Shown in pieces: positions 1-11,624 of a stretch of 64,000 nucleotides of DNA; position 1 is the stretch's first letter; every line of letters starts with the position of its first letter. Both the position numbers and the translations under genes were made by a program. The stretch comes from Octopus vulgaris (Eukaryota): assembly GCA_951406725.2 (NCBI GenBank), contig OX597823.1:94488001-94552000 (forward strand), given 5' to 3'. The notes beneath the pieces were generated by a model. That model saw only the letters and a list, made by a program, of their open reading frames with translations, was not told where the DNA came from and did not search any database.

Positions 1-635
1 TCTTCAGGTGGGATACCTGGAGAAAAAAATAATAAAGAGGATAAAGACAGGGTACCCTAAAATACTTTATTTTTTTTTTCTTTCCCCATTTTTTAACCTT
101 GTTTTACAAAATAAAATAAACAAACAAAGAAATACATAAATAAATATAACAGAAGGAAGAAAGTAATAAAGAAAGCGAAAAATGAGAAAAGAAGGAAACG
201 AAGAAAAAAGAAAGAAAAAAATAAGGTGATGAGAAAATAAAGGGAAGTCACTTAACATCGGTTCATAAAAGGAATTACTCAGGATTTGAACCTAAAACAC
301 GGGTGGCTGGATTACTTGATTTACTACCAGGAGATTAAACGACAGAACACAGACACCAAGGTAAACGTGTTATAGATTTCTTTGCTTACTTTTATTTCTT
401 TTAATTGCTTCAGTCATTTGACTGCGGCCATGCTGGAGCACTGCCTCTAAGACGAACAAATCGCCCGCCTGGGTGGGGACCCAGGGCTTATTCCTTTAAG
501 CCTTAGTAATTATTCTATCAGTCTCTTTTACCAAACTGCTAAGTTACAGGGGCATAAACACGTCAACATCGCTTGTCAAGTGATGGTGGTGGGGACCAAA
601 TACATACCTACATGTGTGTGTGTGTGTGTGTATGC

Positions 636-666
<31 letters not shown>

Positions 667-675
667 TGTGTATAA

Positions 676-843
676 GTTCAGCAAAATTTAGATTCAGATG
701 AATATGGTACTTAAGTCAAAGACACCAGAATTTTGTATGGTATTATCCATATAAATCAAATGGGGTGATTATAATCAAAATAAGCAACAAAGATATCCAA
801 GTACTACATTACCTTGGATATTCTTGTTGCTTATTTTGATTAT
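676..843. mobile_element. Fragment of hammerhead-bearing Penelope-like terminal repeat family HH3, with a terminal inverted repeat
   Basis: Reverse complement of the 24075-24190 / 36640-36753 repeat; palindrome ataatcaaaataagcaacaaagatatccaag / cttggatattcttgttgcttattttgattat at 771-843. Confidence 0.7.
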
Positions 844-852
844 ATATATATA

Positions 853-1151
853 CTAGCAGTATCGCCCGGCGTTGCTCGGGTTTGTAAGGGAAATAACTAT
901 ATAAGCATTTTTAGAGAGTTACTTCCCTTATATAATAGCAAAAAAATGCATTAAAAATGGGAAAAAATTATGGTAAATTTTTTTTTAAATCGTAGACTCA
1001 TCGTAGACGCGCACTAATACCCAGAAGGGCTCGATATGAATCACGACTATAAGATACCCGCTTTTGGTTACACTGCACCGCAAAATGTGGGAGTAGTTAG
1101 GAATCTAAATCGTAGTAGACAGACACACAACTTCACTTTTATATATAAAGA
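853..1151 (-). mobile_element. Non-autonomous Helitron
   Basis: Minus strand begins A|TC (1151) and ends in hairpin CCCGAGCAACGCCGGG followed by CTAG|T (853). It is inserted between A and T with no TSD, the canonical Helitron termini. Confidence 0.8.
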
Positions 1152-1760
1152 TATGTGTATGTATATATATATATATGTATGTATATGTATACACACGACA
1201 GTGTTCTGATGTTTTATTGTGATTGTGGACTTCTGGTATAATTATTTATCAATTCACCAGCATATAATTCCGATGTCCCTTCTCAAACATCTTCTAACAA
1301 CTGTTTTTACACAGCATCTGCACATGCCGCAACGTTTTCTGTATCTCCAGCATACTTGTGTACTTATACAATCTAGAACCGTCCATTCACAGGTGTGTTC
1401 GGACTCCACCACAACAGATAGGCTTCTTTGAGCTTCCGTCTGCTAAATCCACTCTCAAGGCATTGGTCAGCCCGAGGCTACCATATTAGAAGACACTTGC
1501 CCAAGTTGCCATGCAGTGGGACTGAACCCAGAACCATGTGCTTGGGAAGCAAGCTTCTTGCAACACAGCCACTCCTGTACGTATGCATATGTTTGTATAA
1601 ATGTGTGTGTGTAGATATATGTGTATATATGAATATATACACAACACTGTATTTCCCTGTGCGCTAGGCCACTCAGCTGGCAAGAATGAGCTGTACCAGT
1701 AATATAAAGGGGCCAGCTTTGTTACATCCTTTGTGATGCTGAATCTCCCTGGGAAATCCA

Positions 1761-2450
1761 TTAACCCTTTAGCATTGAAAGCAGCCACATCTGGCCGCAA
1801 ATATTTTAACTGATTTTTTTTTTCATTCGAGCTGTGTATTTCAATAGAAATATGGTAACAAAAGGGTTTAGCAGACCTATGTTCAAAGGCACCCCAACCA
1901 TGACCATCCAGTCATCATCATCATCACCATCATTGTTTAACGACCACTTTCCATGCTAGCATGAGGTGAACGATTTGACTGAGGTCTGGCAAACCAGATG
2001 GCTGCACCAGACTCCAATCTGATCTGGCAGAGTTTCTACAGCTGGATGCCCTTCCTAATGCCAACCCTCCGAGAGTGTAGTGGGTGCTTTTATGTGCCAC
2101 CGGCATAAGGGCCAGTCAGGCAGTACTAGCAATGGCCATGCTCAAATGGTGCTTTTTATGTGCCACCTTTTTTTATTATTTAATCACAGTAAATCCCACA
2201 CTATATCATCCAATAATGGTAAGGTGCAATTTAACCCTTTTCATATCAACCTATCTGAGACTGTCCCTGGTTCTACATTACAAACTCCCTGTTTTAAACA
2301 TTCCAAAAAAAATTCCATGTTAATTCTTATCCCAAAAACCAGCTTAATTATGACAAAGTTATTATAGGAAATACTTCCTTTTTTTTACAAAATTAACTGA
2401 AAAAAGTAGTAGAGTATTTCTACAGAAAGAATAGGGAAACAAAAGGGCTG
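1761..2450. mobile_element. Two fragments of a TTAA-bounded MITE family (1761-1870 and 2231-2450)
   Basis: Ends ttaaccctt.../...ggtaacaaaagggtt; internal ccagcttaattatgacaaagtt shared with 44387-44607. Confidence 0.55.
1912..2170 (-). mobile_element. RTE LINE 3' end (family C) with (GAT)n tail
   Basis: (atc)n-gtttaacg..tttccatgctagcatg...ctacagctggatgcccttcctaatgccaac; the same sequence is contiguous with RTE coding sequence at 35030-36025. Confidence 0.8.
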
Positions 2451-2728
2451 AGCCTTCTGTGGTTTCACATCGAATCCAAAGGTCCCTCAGGTGCCTTTAG
2501 TAGGGTACACTCTATTAACAACAGGTACATGGACCAAATCGTTGCTTTGTAGATAGACAAAACCATATCATGATGTGCTGCTCCTACAGTGATCTCTGTG
2601 TTGTGCCTCTGTCCCATTTTTCCATCTATGAGTCATATAGAACCTTTAACTGTTATGAATGATACACCTCACCTGCTTACTGAGGCATAATCTTTTGTTA
2701 ATGTACATCTAAAGTGGAGGGGAAGGTC

Positions 2729-2759
<31 letters not shown>

Positions 2760-2843
2760 TCTCTGTGCGTGTGTGTGTATACTCACATGTATTTAGTGCA
2801 AGTTTTGAAGAATACAGTATGATTTTAACAGTTTTTTTTTTCA

Positions 2844-3322
2844 AAGGAGCATATTCAACATATTTTGCTTTATGAGTTCAATAAAGGCAGCAATGCAACA
2901 GAAAGTATGAAGAAAATTAATGCTGTATATGGAGATCGGACAATAAGTGTAAGTCAGAGTCAATAGTGGTTCCAGAAATTCTGAACCGGAAGCTTCAGCC
3001 TAGAAGACGAGACTTATCCTGGAAGATCTGTAGAGCTCGACAAGGACATCCTGCAAACCATGGTGGAAGAAAACCCCATTGTAACTGTTGAGGAACTAGC
3101 AGAGAAGCTTGGATTTGGACATTCAACCATTCATCAACACGTGCATGCCATTGGAAAAGTCAGAAATTTGGATCAATGGGTTCCACACAAACTTTCTGAG
3201 TCTAATTGCATGCAAAGAGTGAATGTATGCTCTTCTTTGTTCTCAAGTTTCATGAATGAACCTTTTTGGGACTGAATAATGACTGGTGACAAGAAATGGG
3301 TTCTCTATAAAAATGTCAAGCT
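2844..3322 (+). pseudogene. Decayed mariner (Tc1/mariner) transposase, N-terminal half
   Basis: One frame with stops: KEHIQHILLYEFNKG..A....INAVYG...WFQKF*TGSFSLED..PGR...VEELAEKLG..HSTI...WVPHKL...IMTGDKKWVLY (mariner WVPHEL and TGDEKW motifs). Confidence 0.92.
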
Positions 3323-3442
3323 TATGCATACCATCAGTTTGGATAAGCTATCATCAGCAAAATCTTTGGACACACACGGACACACACACACACACATATA
3401 GCAGTACATAAGACGACTCAAGAAATTTCTCGTGAGACTTTA

Positions 3443-3497
3443 TATTGATGTACCTGAAGAGACCCAGAACGGGTCGAAACATGTGTTGTACTCAATA
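3443..3497 (+). ncRNA. Minimal type I hammerhead ribozyme (HH1) in a ~260-bp Penelope-like repeat (3400-3660)
   Basis: TATTGA-T-GTAC | CTGAAGA | GACCC-AGAAC-GGGTC | GAAA | C-ATGT-G | TT | GTAC-TCAATA. Core and stems I and II all pair; cleavage triplet GUU; overlapping AATAAA. Confidence 0.8.
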
Positions 3498-3660
3498 AAG
3501 TTTATCACACATTCCATCTCCTATTTTATTAATACTGTTACCCCAACTGCAACTAAGAAGTTCTTGCAGTAAATCTACGGATAACAACAGGTCATCGAAA
3601 CTGTGCCGGTGCTTTGCTCATCATCCATTTATACATTTTGTATTATTTCTCCATTATATA

Positions 3661-3826
3661 TACGACGAGCTTCTTTCAGTTTCCGTCTATGAAATCCACT
3701 CACAAGGCTTTCGTTGGCCCAAGGCTATAGTAGAAGACAGTTGGTGATGGTGTCACACAGTGGGACTGAACCTGAAACCCTGCGGTTGAGAAGCAAGCTA
3801 CTTACCACACAGCCACTCCTGCGGCC
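3661..3826 (-). mobile_element. Family A SINE 5' half (tRNA head + CORE-like domain)
   Basis: cttctttcagtttccgtcta...gggactgaacc...cttaccacacagccactcctgcg. Confidence 0.85.
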
Positions 3827-4269
3827 ATAAGCCATTCCTGCACCTATAATAAATAAATATATATATATATATTATACATGATTTATGTCAGTCTGCAGAG
3901 GCAGTTTGAGATGAAGATTAGCTGTGGGTTTTCTCTGGTGACTCATCAAAAACTCGCTCATAAACATATTATATGCATAACCACCAGAAGTGCAGGTGGA
4001 TGGTGGGTGTAGGAGAATATTGTGAGAGGGTGGGGATTGGTCGGGAGAGGGTGGGGAAAGAGAGTGAGCATTCAGGGTAGTTTATTATTTTGAAATAATA
4101 AGTCGGCTTGCAATATGTAACATGAGCATGGATTAATATGAAATGAAAGGAATAAAATAATTTACCATATGATAAGAATTAAATGACAGGGAAGTATGCG
4201 AAGGATTCAGAAATACACTTATGAATAGGTATATAAATGGTAAGTTGATAAATTATGCAGATATATAGC

Positions 4270-5320
4270 ATCATCATCATCATCATCATCATCGTTTATC
4301 GTCCGCTTTCCATGCTGGCATGGGTTGAACAGTTTGATTGAGGACTGGCGAACCAGATGGCTGCACCAGGCTTCAATCTGATCTGGCAAGGTTTCCATAG
4401 CTGGATGCCCTTCCTAATGCCAACCACTCCAAGTGTGTAGTGGGTGCTTTTTACATGCCACTGGCACAAGGGCCAGTCAGGCAGTTCTGGTAATGACCAT
4501 GCTCAAAAGGTGTTTTTTACATGCTACCTGCATGGGAGCCAGTCCAGCGGCACTGGTAACGACCACACTCGAATGTTGTTTTTCATGTGCCACCGGCACA
4601 TGCGCCAGTAAGGCGACACTGTCAACGATCATGCTCGAATGGTGCTTTTTTACATGCCACCAGCACGGGAGCCAATCTATGGCCCTGGCAAAGATCACAC
4701 TCAGATGGTGCTTTTAACATTCCACTGGCACAAGTGCCAATCAGGTGGTACTGTCATCAGCCACGTGTGTGTGTATGTATGGATAGATTATCATCATCAT
4801 CATCGTCGTTTAACGTCCGCTCTACATGCTGGCATGGGTTGGATGGTTCGACCGGGGTCTGGGAAACCAGGAGGCTGCACCAGGCTCCAGTCTGATCTTG
4901 CAGTGTTTCTACAGCTGAATACCCTTCCTAACACCAACTACTCCGAGAATGTAATGGGTGCTTTTTACATGCCATCAGCATAGGGGCCAGAGGGGTTTGG
5001 CAACAACCACGATTGGTTGGTCCTTTTTACATGCCACTGTCACAGAAGCCAATCAAGGCAGCGCTAGCATCGGCCACATTCACAGGGTACTTTTTACATG
5101 CCACTGACACGGGGCTCACAACTACAATTTCTATTTGATTGTGATTTTGATGTTGATATTGATGTTGATGTTGATGCTGATGTACTTGACTCAATAGGTC
5201 ACCTCAAGCAAGGCATGTCGCCTTACGTTCCAAGGTACTTTTGAGTGTGCTGGTTATGTGACACTGGTGTAGGTTACAGCTGTGAACTAACTTTATTTGC
5301 CAGGTCTTCTCAGCCTCATT
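4270..5320 (-). mobile_element. Two tandem RTE 3'-end copies (4270-4765, 4790-5320) with internal ~66-bp repeats
   Basis: Each starts with (atc)n gttta.cgtccgct.t.catgctggcatgggttg; the second extends into 3'UTR sequence shared with 35350-35540. Confidence 0.8.
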
Positions 5321-5629
5321 CATACTCATGTATGTATTTAATATTATCTGGGTGATAATCTTTTAACATGCACTTCAAAGCTCCTTTACATTTATAGGCT
5401 ACCATATGCTATCATATAACATGAATTCTCCTTTTACTTGATATACACATGGCAATCTTAATGTATGTGGAATTCATGCCAAAAGAGAGAAAAAATTGTA
5501 ATACGAGAGGATGGAATGAACGGGCTTTAATCCAAGTCACAACAATTGTTTCTGTGCATTAACATCAGCTTTTAATTGCTGAGTGTTTCGCATATTATAC
5601 ATCTTATTATTTATGTATGATCCAGGGCA

Positions 5630-5690
5630 TGATCCTACGACCGCAAGTCCGCTGTCCACTGCCCTAACCATTGGGCCATTGCGCCTCCAC
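5630..5690 (-). mobile_element. tRNA-like SINE head (family D)
   Basis: Reverse complement GTGGAGGCGCAATGGCCCAATGGTTAGGGCAGTGGAC matches the heads at 39336 (+) and 54896 (-). Confidence 0.7.
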
Positions 5691-5701
5691 ATATATATAT
5701 A

Positions 5702-5930
5702 TATCGTTTTTATATTTGGTTTGCAATATTCTTTATGTGAATTTGTGTGTTGAAGCATATTTTATTGTGTCTGGGGAGAGTCATTCTCTTTTGGTGCCTT
5801 ACTAAGTTAACACTCTCACCGGTCAGATTCCCACTCATTTATTTATTTAAATGTGAAAATCGGACCAGTGTGTGTGTTAGATTAATAAGGCACTAAAAGA
5901 GAATGACTTTCCCCAGACACAATAATATAT
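5702..5930. repeat. Foldback repeat with ~72-bp inverted arms; second copy at 32033-32270
   Basis: tattgtgtctggggagagtcattctcttttggtgcctta... / ...taaggcactaaaagagaatgactttccccagacacaata, flanked by (TA)n. Confidence 0.8.
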
Positions 5931-5967
5931 ATACATACATATTCATACATACATACACATTCATACA

Positions 5968-6032
<65 letters not shown>

Positions 6033-6066
6033 TATATATATATATACATTATATAAATATATATAC

Positions 6067-6106
<40 letters not shown>

Positions 6107-6599
6107 AAAATATATCTCTTGGAGGAATCTTCAAAGTATGTCTGTTCAGTGTGGATTGTGTGTGCATGTGTGTGTGTGTGTGCATGTGTGTGTGTGTGTG
6201 CATGTGTGTGTGTGTGTGCATGTGTGTGTGTGTGCATGTGTATTGCTAATTAAATTCATATTGTTATTGCTGTCCATTAGCCCAAGGGTTGGTAACAAAA
6301 CCGTGATCCTAACAAAAAAGACATGAGAGACGTAAGAGACAGTCTTCTTAAAAGTCCCTTGCATAATACCTGCCACGCTGAGTTATTTAAGTCTCATAAA
6401 GATTCTCAAAACCATTTTACCTTCATCCCCCAGACATTCTCCTCACTCTCAATTCCTTCTATAGTGCACATGTATATATATATATAAAGTGTTTGTGTGT
6501 GAGTGAATATATGCAGCTGTGCAGCTCTAAATGCATCTGTCCATATGTGCAGGTGAGCCTGCGTTTTGTATGCATGCATGCTTGTCACCATATATGTAA

Positions 6600-6669
<70 letters not shown>

Positions 6670-6690
6670 ATATATAAATGTATATATATG

Positions 6691-6721
<31 letters not shown>

Positions 6722-6883
6722 GCGTGCGAGTGAACGCAGATATCTGATACCTACGATGTGTACAGAACACATACGCATACATGTACCTCATAAACATTGT
6801 CCTTTTAAAAACAGATGTTTAAAAGATATATATATATGTATGTATATATGTATGTATATATGTATGTATACACACACACACAC

Positions 6884-6921
<38 letters not shown>

Positions 6922-7380
6922 GCATACCTATATAAACAATGGGAAGTCTCTGAATGAAAAATAATTGCTCTGCTGCCAACTTAGAATTGTAAATTGGTGA
7001 GAGAACAAGGGAGAAAGACAGGGAAAGAGGGGGAGGGGAGAAGAGAGAGAGGGAGAGAGAGACAGGCAGACAGATAGACAGATAGACTGACAGACAGAGA
7101 GGTGGGGGGGTAATGTTTGCAGTAGTATATAAGTTGTGAAACTGGAGTAAGACAGTTGAAGAGAGGGGTAGAATAGAGAGAGAAAGACAGGAAATTATGG
7201 AGAAAATGAGTGATGGGGGGAGGAGTTATTGAAGAGAGCAAAGAGATGAAGGATAAAGTGAAAGACAGATTAGAATGAGAGAGGGATAGTGAGAGAAATG
7301 GAAAGAAGGGAAGGAGACAGATTCTGTAAAGCAGGAGCTTTATGAAGTATGCTCACAAATACCCACACTTATACATATTA

Positions 7381-7797
7381 ACACACACACACACTCATAC
7401 ACGCACGCACACACACACAAACACACACACACACACAAACACACACACAAACACAAACACACACACATACACACACACACACACACACAAACACACAGAC
7501 ACACACACATACAAACATATGCATGCACACACATGAACACAAACACAAACACACGCACACAAACACAAACACACACACACACACACACATACAAACACAC
7601 ACACAAACACACACACAAACACACACACACATACACACACACACACACACAAAACACACACAAACACACACACACAAACACACACACACACACACACACA
7701 AACACACAAAAACACACAAACAAACACACAGACACACACACATACACACATACGCATGCACACACATGAACACACACACACAAACACACACGCACAC
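7381..7797. repeat. Imperfect (CA)n microsatellite
   Basis: Direct inspection; it generates the CV/HT ORFs in the track. Confidence 0.97.
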
Positions 7798-8039
7798 GTC
7801 ATCATCATCATTTAACGTCCATTTTCCATGCTAGCATGGGTAGGCCAGTTCAACAGGAGCTGGCAAGCCAGAGACCCTTACCATACACCAATTGTCAACA
7901 TTCGCATGGTTTCTACAGCCGGATGCCCTTCCTAACGCCATCCGCTTTACACAGTGTACTGGGTGCTTTTTACATGGCACCAGCACAGGTAGTAGCTCTC
8001 TGAACTTTACCCAGCCTGTTCTTATTCTACACTTTCAGG

Positions 8040-8250
8040 AAAGTGGCGAGCTGGTAGAATTGTTAGCACGCTGGGTGAAATACTTAGTGGTATTTCGTCT
8101 GTCTTTACATTCTAAGTTGAAATTCTGCTGAGGTCGACCTTGCTTTTCATCCCTTCAGGGTTGATAAACTGAGTATCAGTTGCATACTGGGGCCGATCTA
8201 ATCGACTGGCTCCCTCCACAAAAATTTCGGGCCTTGTGCCTAGAGTTAGG
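8040..8250 (+). mobile_element. tRNA-type SINE family B; other copies 29058-29280(+), 53400-53631(+), 55985-56380(-), 56900-57070(+)
   Basis: GGCGAGCTGG(C/T)AGAA head, GAGTTCAAATTC B-box-like motif, conserved GCCTTTCATCCTTT.GGGGTC.ATAAA..AAGTACCAG block. Confidence 0.8.
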
Positions 8251-8299
8251 CATGGCTTGAGCCAGTTGAGGCTGAAACTTGTCTAAGCTTTAAGTATAT

Positions 8300-9960
8300 A
8301 CATCGTCGTCATCATCATCATCATTATCAAAGGCAGCAGCATCATTTAGTGTCCATTTTCCATGCTGGCATGGGTTGGACAGTTTGACAGGAACAGGCCA
8401 GCAAAAGGAGCTGCCTAGGCTCCAATTGTCTGTTTTGGCCTGGTTTCTACGGCTGGATGCCTGTCTTAATGCCAACCACTTTACAGAGTGGACTGGGAGC
8501 TTTTTACGTGGCATTAGCACATGCACTTTTAATGTGGCACAGGCATGAGTGCTTTTATGTGGCACTGGCATGGAACCAGCACAGGTGCTATTACATGGCA
8601 TTGGCACAGGTACTTTTTATATGACACCAGCACCTATGAGCCCACAAGGGCCTCTCAGCTGAGAGAGGAACATAGAGGACATGCTTGTATGTATGGGACA
8701 GTCACAATTTTACTTGGTGTGTCTTCTCAAGCACAGCAAACTGCCAGAAGTTTCAGTCCTTCGTCATCCCCTCAGTAAGGCCCAATGTCTGAAGATCCTT
8801 TCTCGCCACTTCACCCCATGTCTTCCTTGGTCTACCCCTTCAACGTGTTCCCTTCACAGTTAAAGATCAGAACTTCTATACATAACTGTCCTCATCCATA
8901 CACATCATATGACCAAACCAGCATGGTCCTCTCTCTTGCACACAACATCTGATGCCTCTTATACCCAGTTTTCCTTTTATATCATTTACACTGACATTAC
9001 CCATCCAGCAGAGCATGCTAGCTTCATTTCTTTCAGGCCTTCACATGTCCTCTCTAATCAAAACCCATATTTCACTGCATCATACATAGCATACCTGTTC
9101 ATACATAGGCATCATACAATCTGCCTTTTATTCTTAGACAGAGACCCTTTATTACCAACAAAGGTAGAAGATCTCTGAACTTTGCCCAGCATGTTCTTAA
9201 TTTAGCAACTATACTTTCAGAACTTTCCCTTCCACTGCTAACTTGGTCACTTGGGTAATGGAAGCTATCTATTACTTATAAGGATCTCCTTAGACATTTG
9301 AAGAAATCTATTCTCTGTACATTTTTAGTGTTTATTGTACCTGCAGATCTGTCACACATAACCTTCCTGTGAAACCACTGCCCCACGTATGAGACCATAG
9401 CTTGCACTGGGTACACCTTATTGAATGTCTACCAACACCTTATGAAAACAAGACATTTGTACTCAGAGCCAGAGCCAGCTTCAGCCGGTTAAGGTGTCAC
9501 CTTTACATTGACTATAATGCTGCGACACCACTCATTGGGTATGACACCTTCATGGACAACCTGGTTAACTGTATGGGTGACTAACTCATTTCCCCTTACA
9601 CCAGATATTTTAAACAGCTTAATTTCTGATGGGCTGGAGGTTTTCCCTGTCATCATATCCTTAATTGCTTTATCTATCAGGATACTGTCGATTCAGAAAG
9701 CTAGTCCCTCATTTGGGTCCACATCAGGCAGATTCTCCTTCTGCCATGCTTTCTCTACATTTATCAGCCTTTCATAGTGGCACTTCCAAGCGTCTTTCTT
9801 TGCAGAATCTCTAAATGCAAGTGAACCATCATCCATGCAAACACACTTCGATCCTACAACATCATGATTGTTCTTTGCCATACTCTCTTGCAATCTGAAA
9901 CACCACAAGCCTCTGGTCTTCATGATGCAGAACATTGGCAAAGTTCTTCCTAAGATAAAA
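8300..9960 (-). mobile_element. Decayed RTE-clade LINE with internal deletion, including ORF remnants, 3'UTR and (GAT)n tail
   Basis: Minus-strand peptides KKDAWKCHYERLINVEKAW..LPDVDP.EG, IDKAIKDM.TGK, VIPNEWCRSII, WAKFRDLLPLL, ERNEASML.WM and RGRPRKTW, typical of RTE ORF2. The RT core is largely missing. Confidence 0.85.
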
Positions 9961-10037
9961 GAACAGGAGTTCTTCTGGTTCTTTTGTGATTCATTAATAT
10001 TATGTTCCTTGGTATAAGACACAGACATGGCATGGAT

Positions 10038-10370
10038 AGGTGCAGGTGGGGCTGTGTGGTAAGTAGCTTACTTATCAACCACATGATTCCAGGTTCAGTC
10101 CCATTGTGTAGCACATTGGGCAAGTGTCTTCTACTATAGTGTCAAGCCAATCAAAGCCTTGTGAGTAGATCTGCTAGACGGAAACTGAAAGAAGCCTCTC
10201 ATGTGTGTGTGTGTGTATGTGTGCATGTGTGTCCTCCACCACTGCTTGACAACCAGTGTTGGTGTATTTACATTCCTGTAACTTAACGGTTTGGCAAAAG
10301 AGACTGATAGAATAAATATCAGGCTTAAAAAGAAAATTAAGTACAGATGTCAATTCGTTTGACTAAACAT
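10038..10370 (+). mobile_element. Family A SINE
   Basis: aggtgcaggtggggctgtgtggtaagtagc...ggttcagtccc...ttgggcaagtgtcttctac, (TG)n, 3' half. Confidence 0.85.
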
Positions 10371-10393
10371 CATCATTATCATCATCATCATCA

Positions 10394-10444
<51 letters not shown>

Positions 10445-10447
<3 letters not shown>

Positions 10448-10963
10448 GGCATCCATGCTAGTGGGGTACAAAGAGCACCATATGAGGGTGATCGTTGACA
10501 GAGCGACTAACCGGCTTTCATGCCAGTGGCACATAAAAGGCACCATTTGAGTGTGATCATTACCAGCGTCACCTTACTGGCATTTGTGCTCATGCTAGTA
10601 GGGTGCCAAGAGCACCATCCGAGCATGATCGTTGCCAAAGCAGCCAACTGGCTTCCGTGCCAGTAACACGTAAAAGGGCACCATTCGAGCATGATCGTTA
10701 CCAGCATCACCTTACTGGTAACTGTGCTGGTGGCATGTGTAAAAAGATTTGAGTGAGGTCGTTGCCAGTACCGCCTGACTGGCCCCCGTACCAGTGGCAC
10801 GTAAAAAGCACTCACTACATTCTTGGAGTGGTTGGCATTAGGAAGGGCATCCAGCTGTAGAAACTCTGCTAGATCAAGATTGGAGCCTGGTGCAGACATC
10901 TGGTTCGCCAGCCCTCAGTCAAAATCGTCCAACCCATGCAAGCATGGAAAGCAGACGTTAAAC

Positions 10964-11000
<37 letters not shown>
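10445..11000 (+). mobile_element. RTE 3' end (family C) with several internal ~66-bp units. Other + copies: 14135-14310, 22810-23035, 30725-30890, 32935-33145, 34046-34298, 39710-40047, 40930-41140, 43468-43516, 62870-63131. Other - copies: 7797-7990, 47805-48120
   Basis: GGAGTGGTTGGC.TTAGGAAGGGCATCCAGCTGTAGAAAC...CAACCCATGC.AGCATGGAAAGC.GACGTTAAAC(GAT)n. Confidence 0.85.
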
Positions 11001-11036
<36 letters not shown>

Positions 11037-11157
11037 TATATTATTATATGAAACCTCACAGCTTATTTTGCTTGGTATGGTGGAAAGTGTCAGCTGTCCA
11101 CAGCCAGCAGACTAAGGTAACACTTGTTTACTAGTCATGCTTCAAGAACCCTGAAGA

Positions 11158-11209
<52 letters not shown>

Positions 11210-11624
11210 GACTAAGTTACTGATGCCATTGGAAAACTATGCCTATTTTAATTATACGTCTTTGCATTACAAATTCCTCAACTTTTATAAAAATAGAAAC
11301 AATTCAACAACTTTAAGTCATTTCTAAAAATTTTCAGTTTATGAAAATAAAAAAGATAATTAGTAGTTACAATCAATTTAATTACTCTTAATTATCATAG
11401 AACATATAAACCATACTGTAATTTATCTGAAAGAGTTTGAGCAAATGAAAACAACATTACTTTTATATTTTGACATTGCTGGTTTTTTTGCTTTGTTAAT
11501 TACAATATTCTGTTAATTATTTTAAAATATCCAGTTTGAAATCAAAACACTAAGGTGCCTTGATTTCTTTATTTCTTTAGGTGCAAATGTGGCTGTGAGG
11601 TTGAGGAGCGTGTTTCCAAATCAT

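Larger units (their letters stand above)
390..1577 (-). mobile_element. tRNA-derived CORE-type SINE (family A), split by nested insertions in its internal microsatellite
   Basis: 3' half at 390-600 (cagtcatttgactgcggccatgctggagcac...) and 5' half at 1418-1577 (...gacacttgcccaag...gggactgaaccc...acacagccactcctg). The reverse complement gives A box TGGCTGTGTTG, B box GGTTCAGTCCC and CORE-like CTTGGGCAAGTGTCTT. It matches the intact copy at 11648-12024. Confidence 0.85.

Noticed and set aside
283-360. 78-bp + strand exon candidate DLNLKHGWLDYLIYYQEIKRQNTDTK (ag|...|gtaaac)
   Set aside because: No polypyrimidine tract, a weak donor, and no recognisable homology or partner exons.
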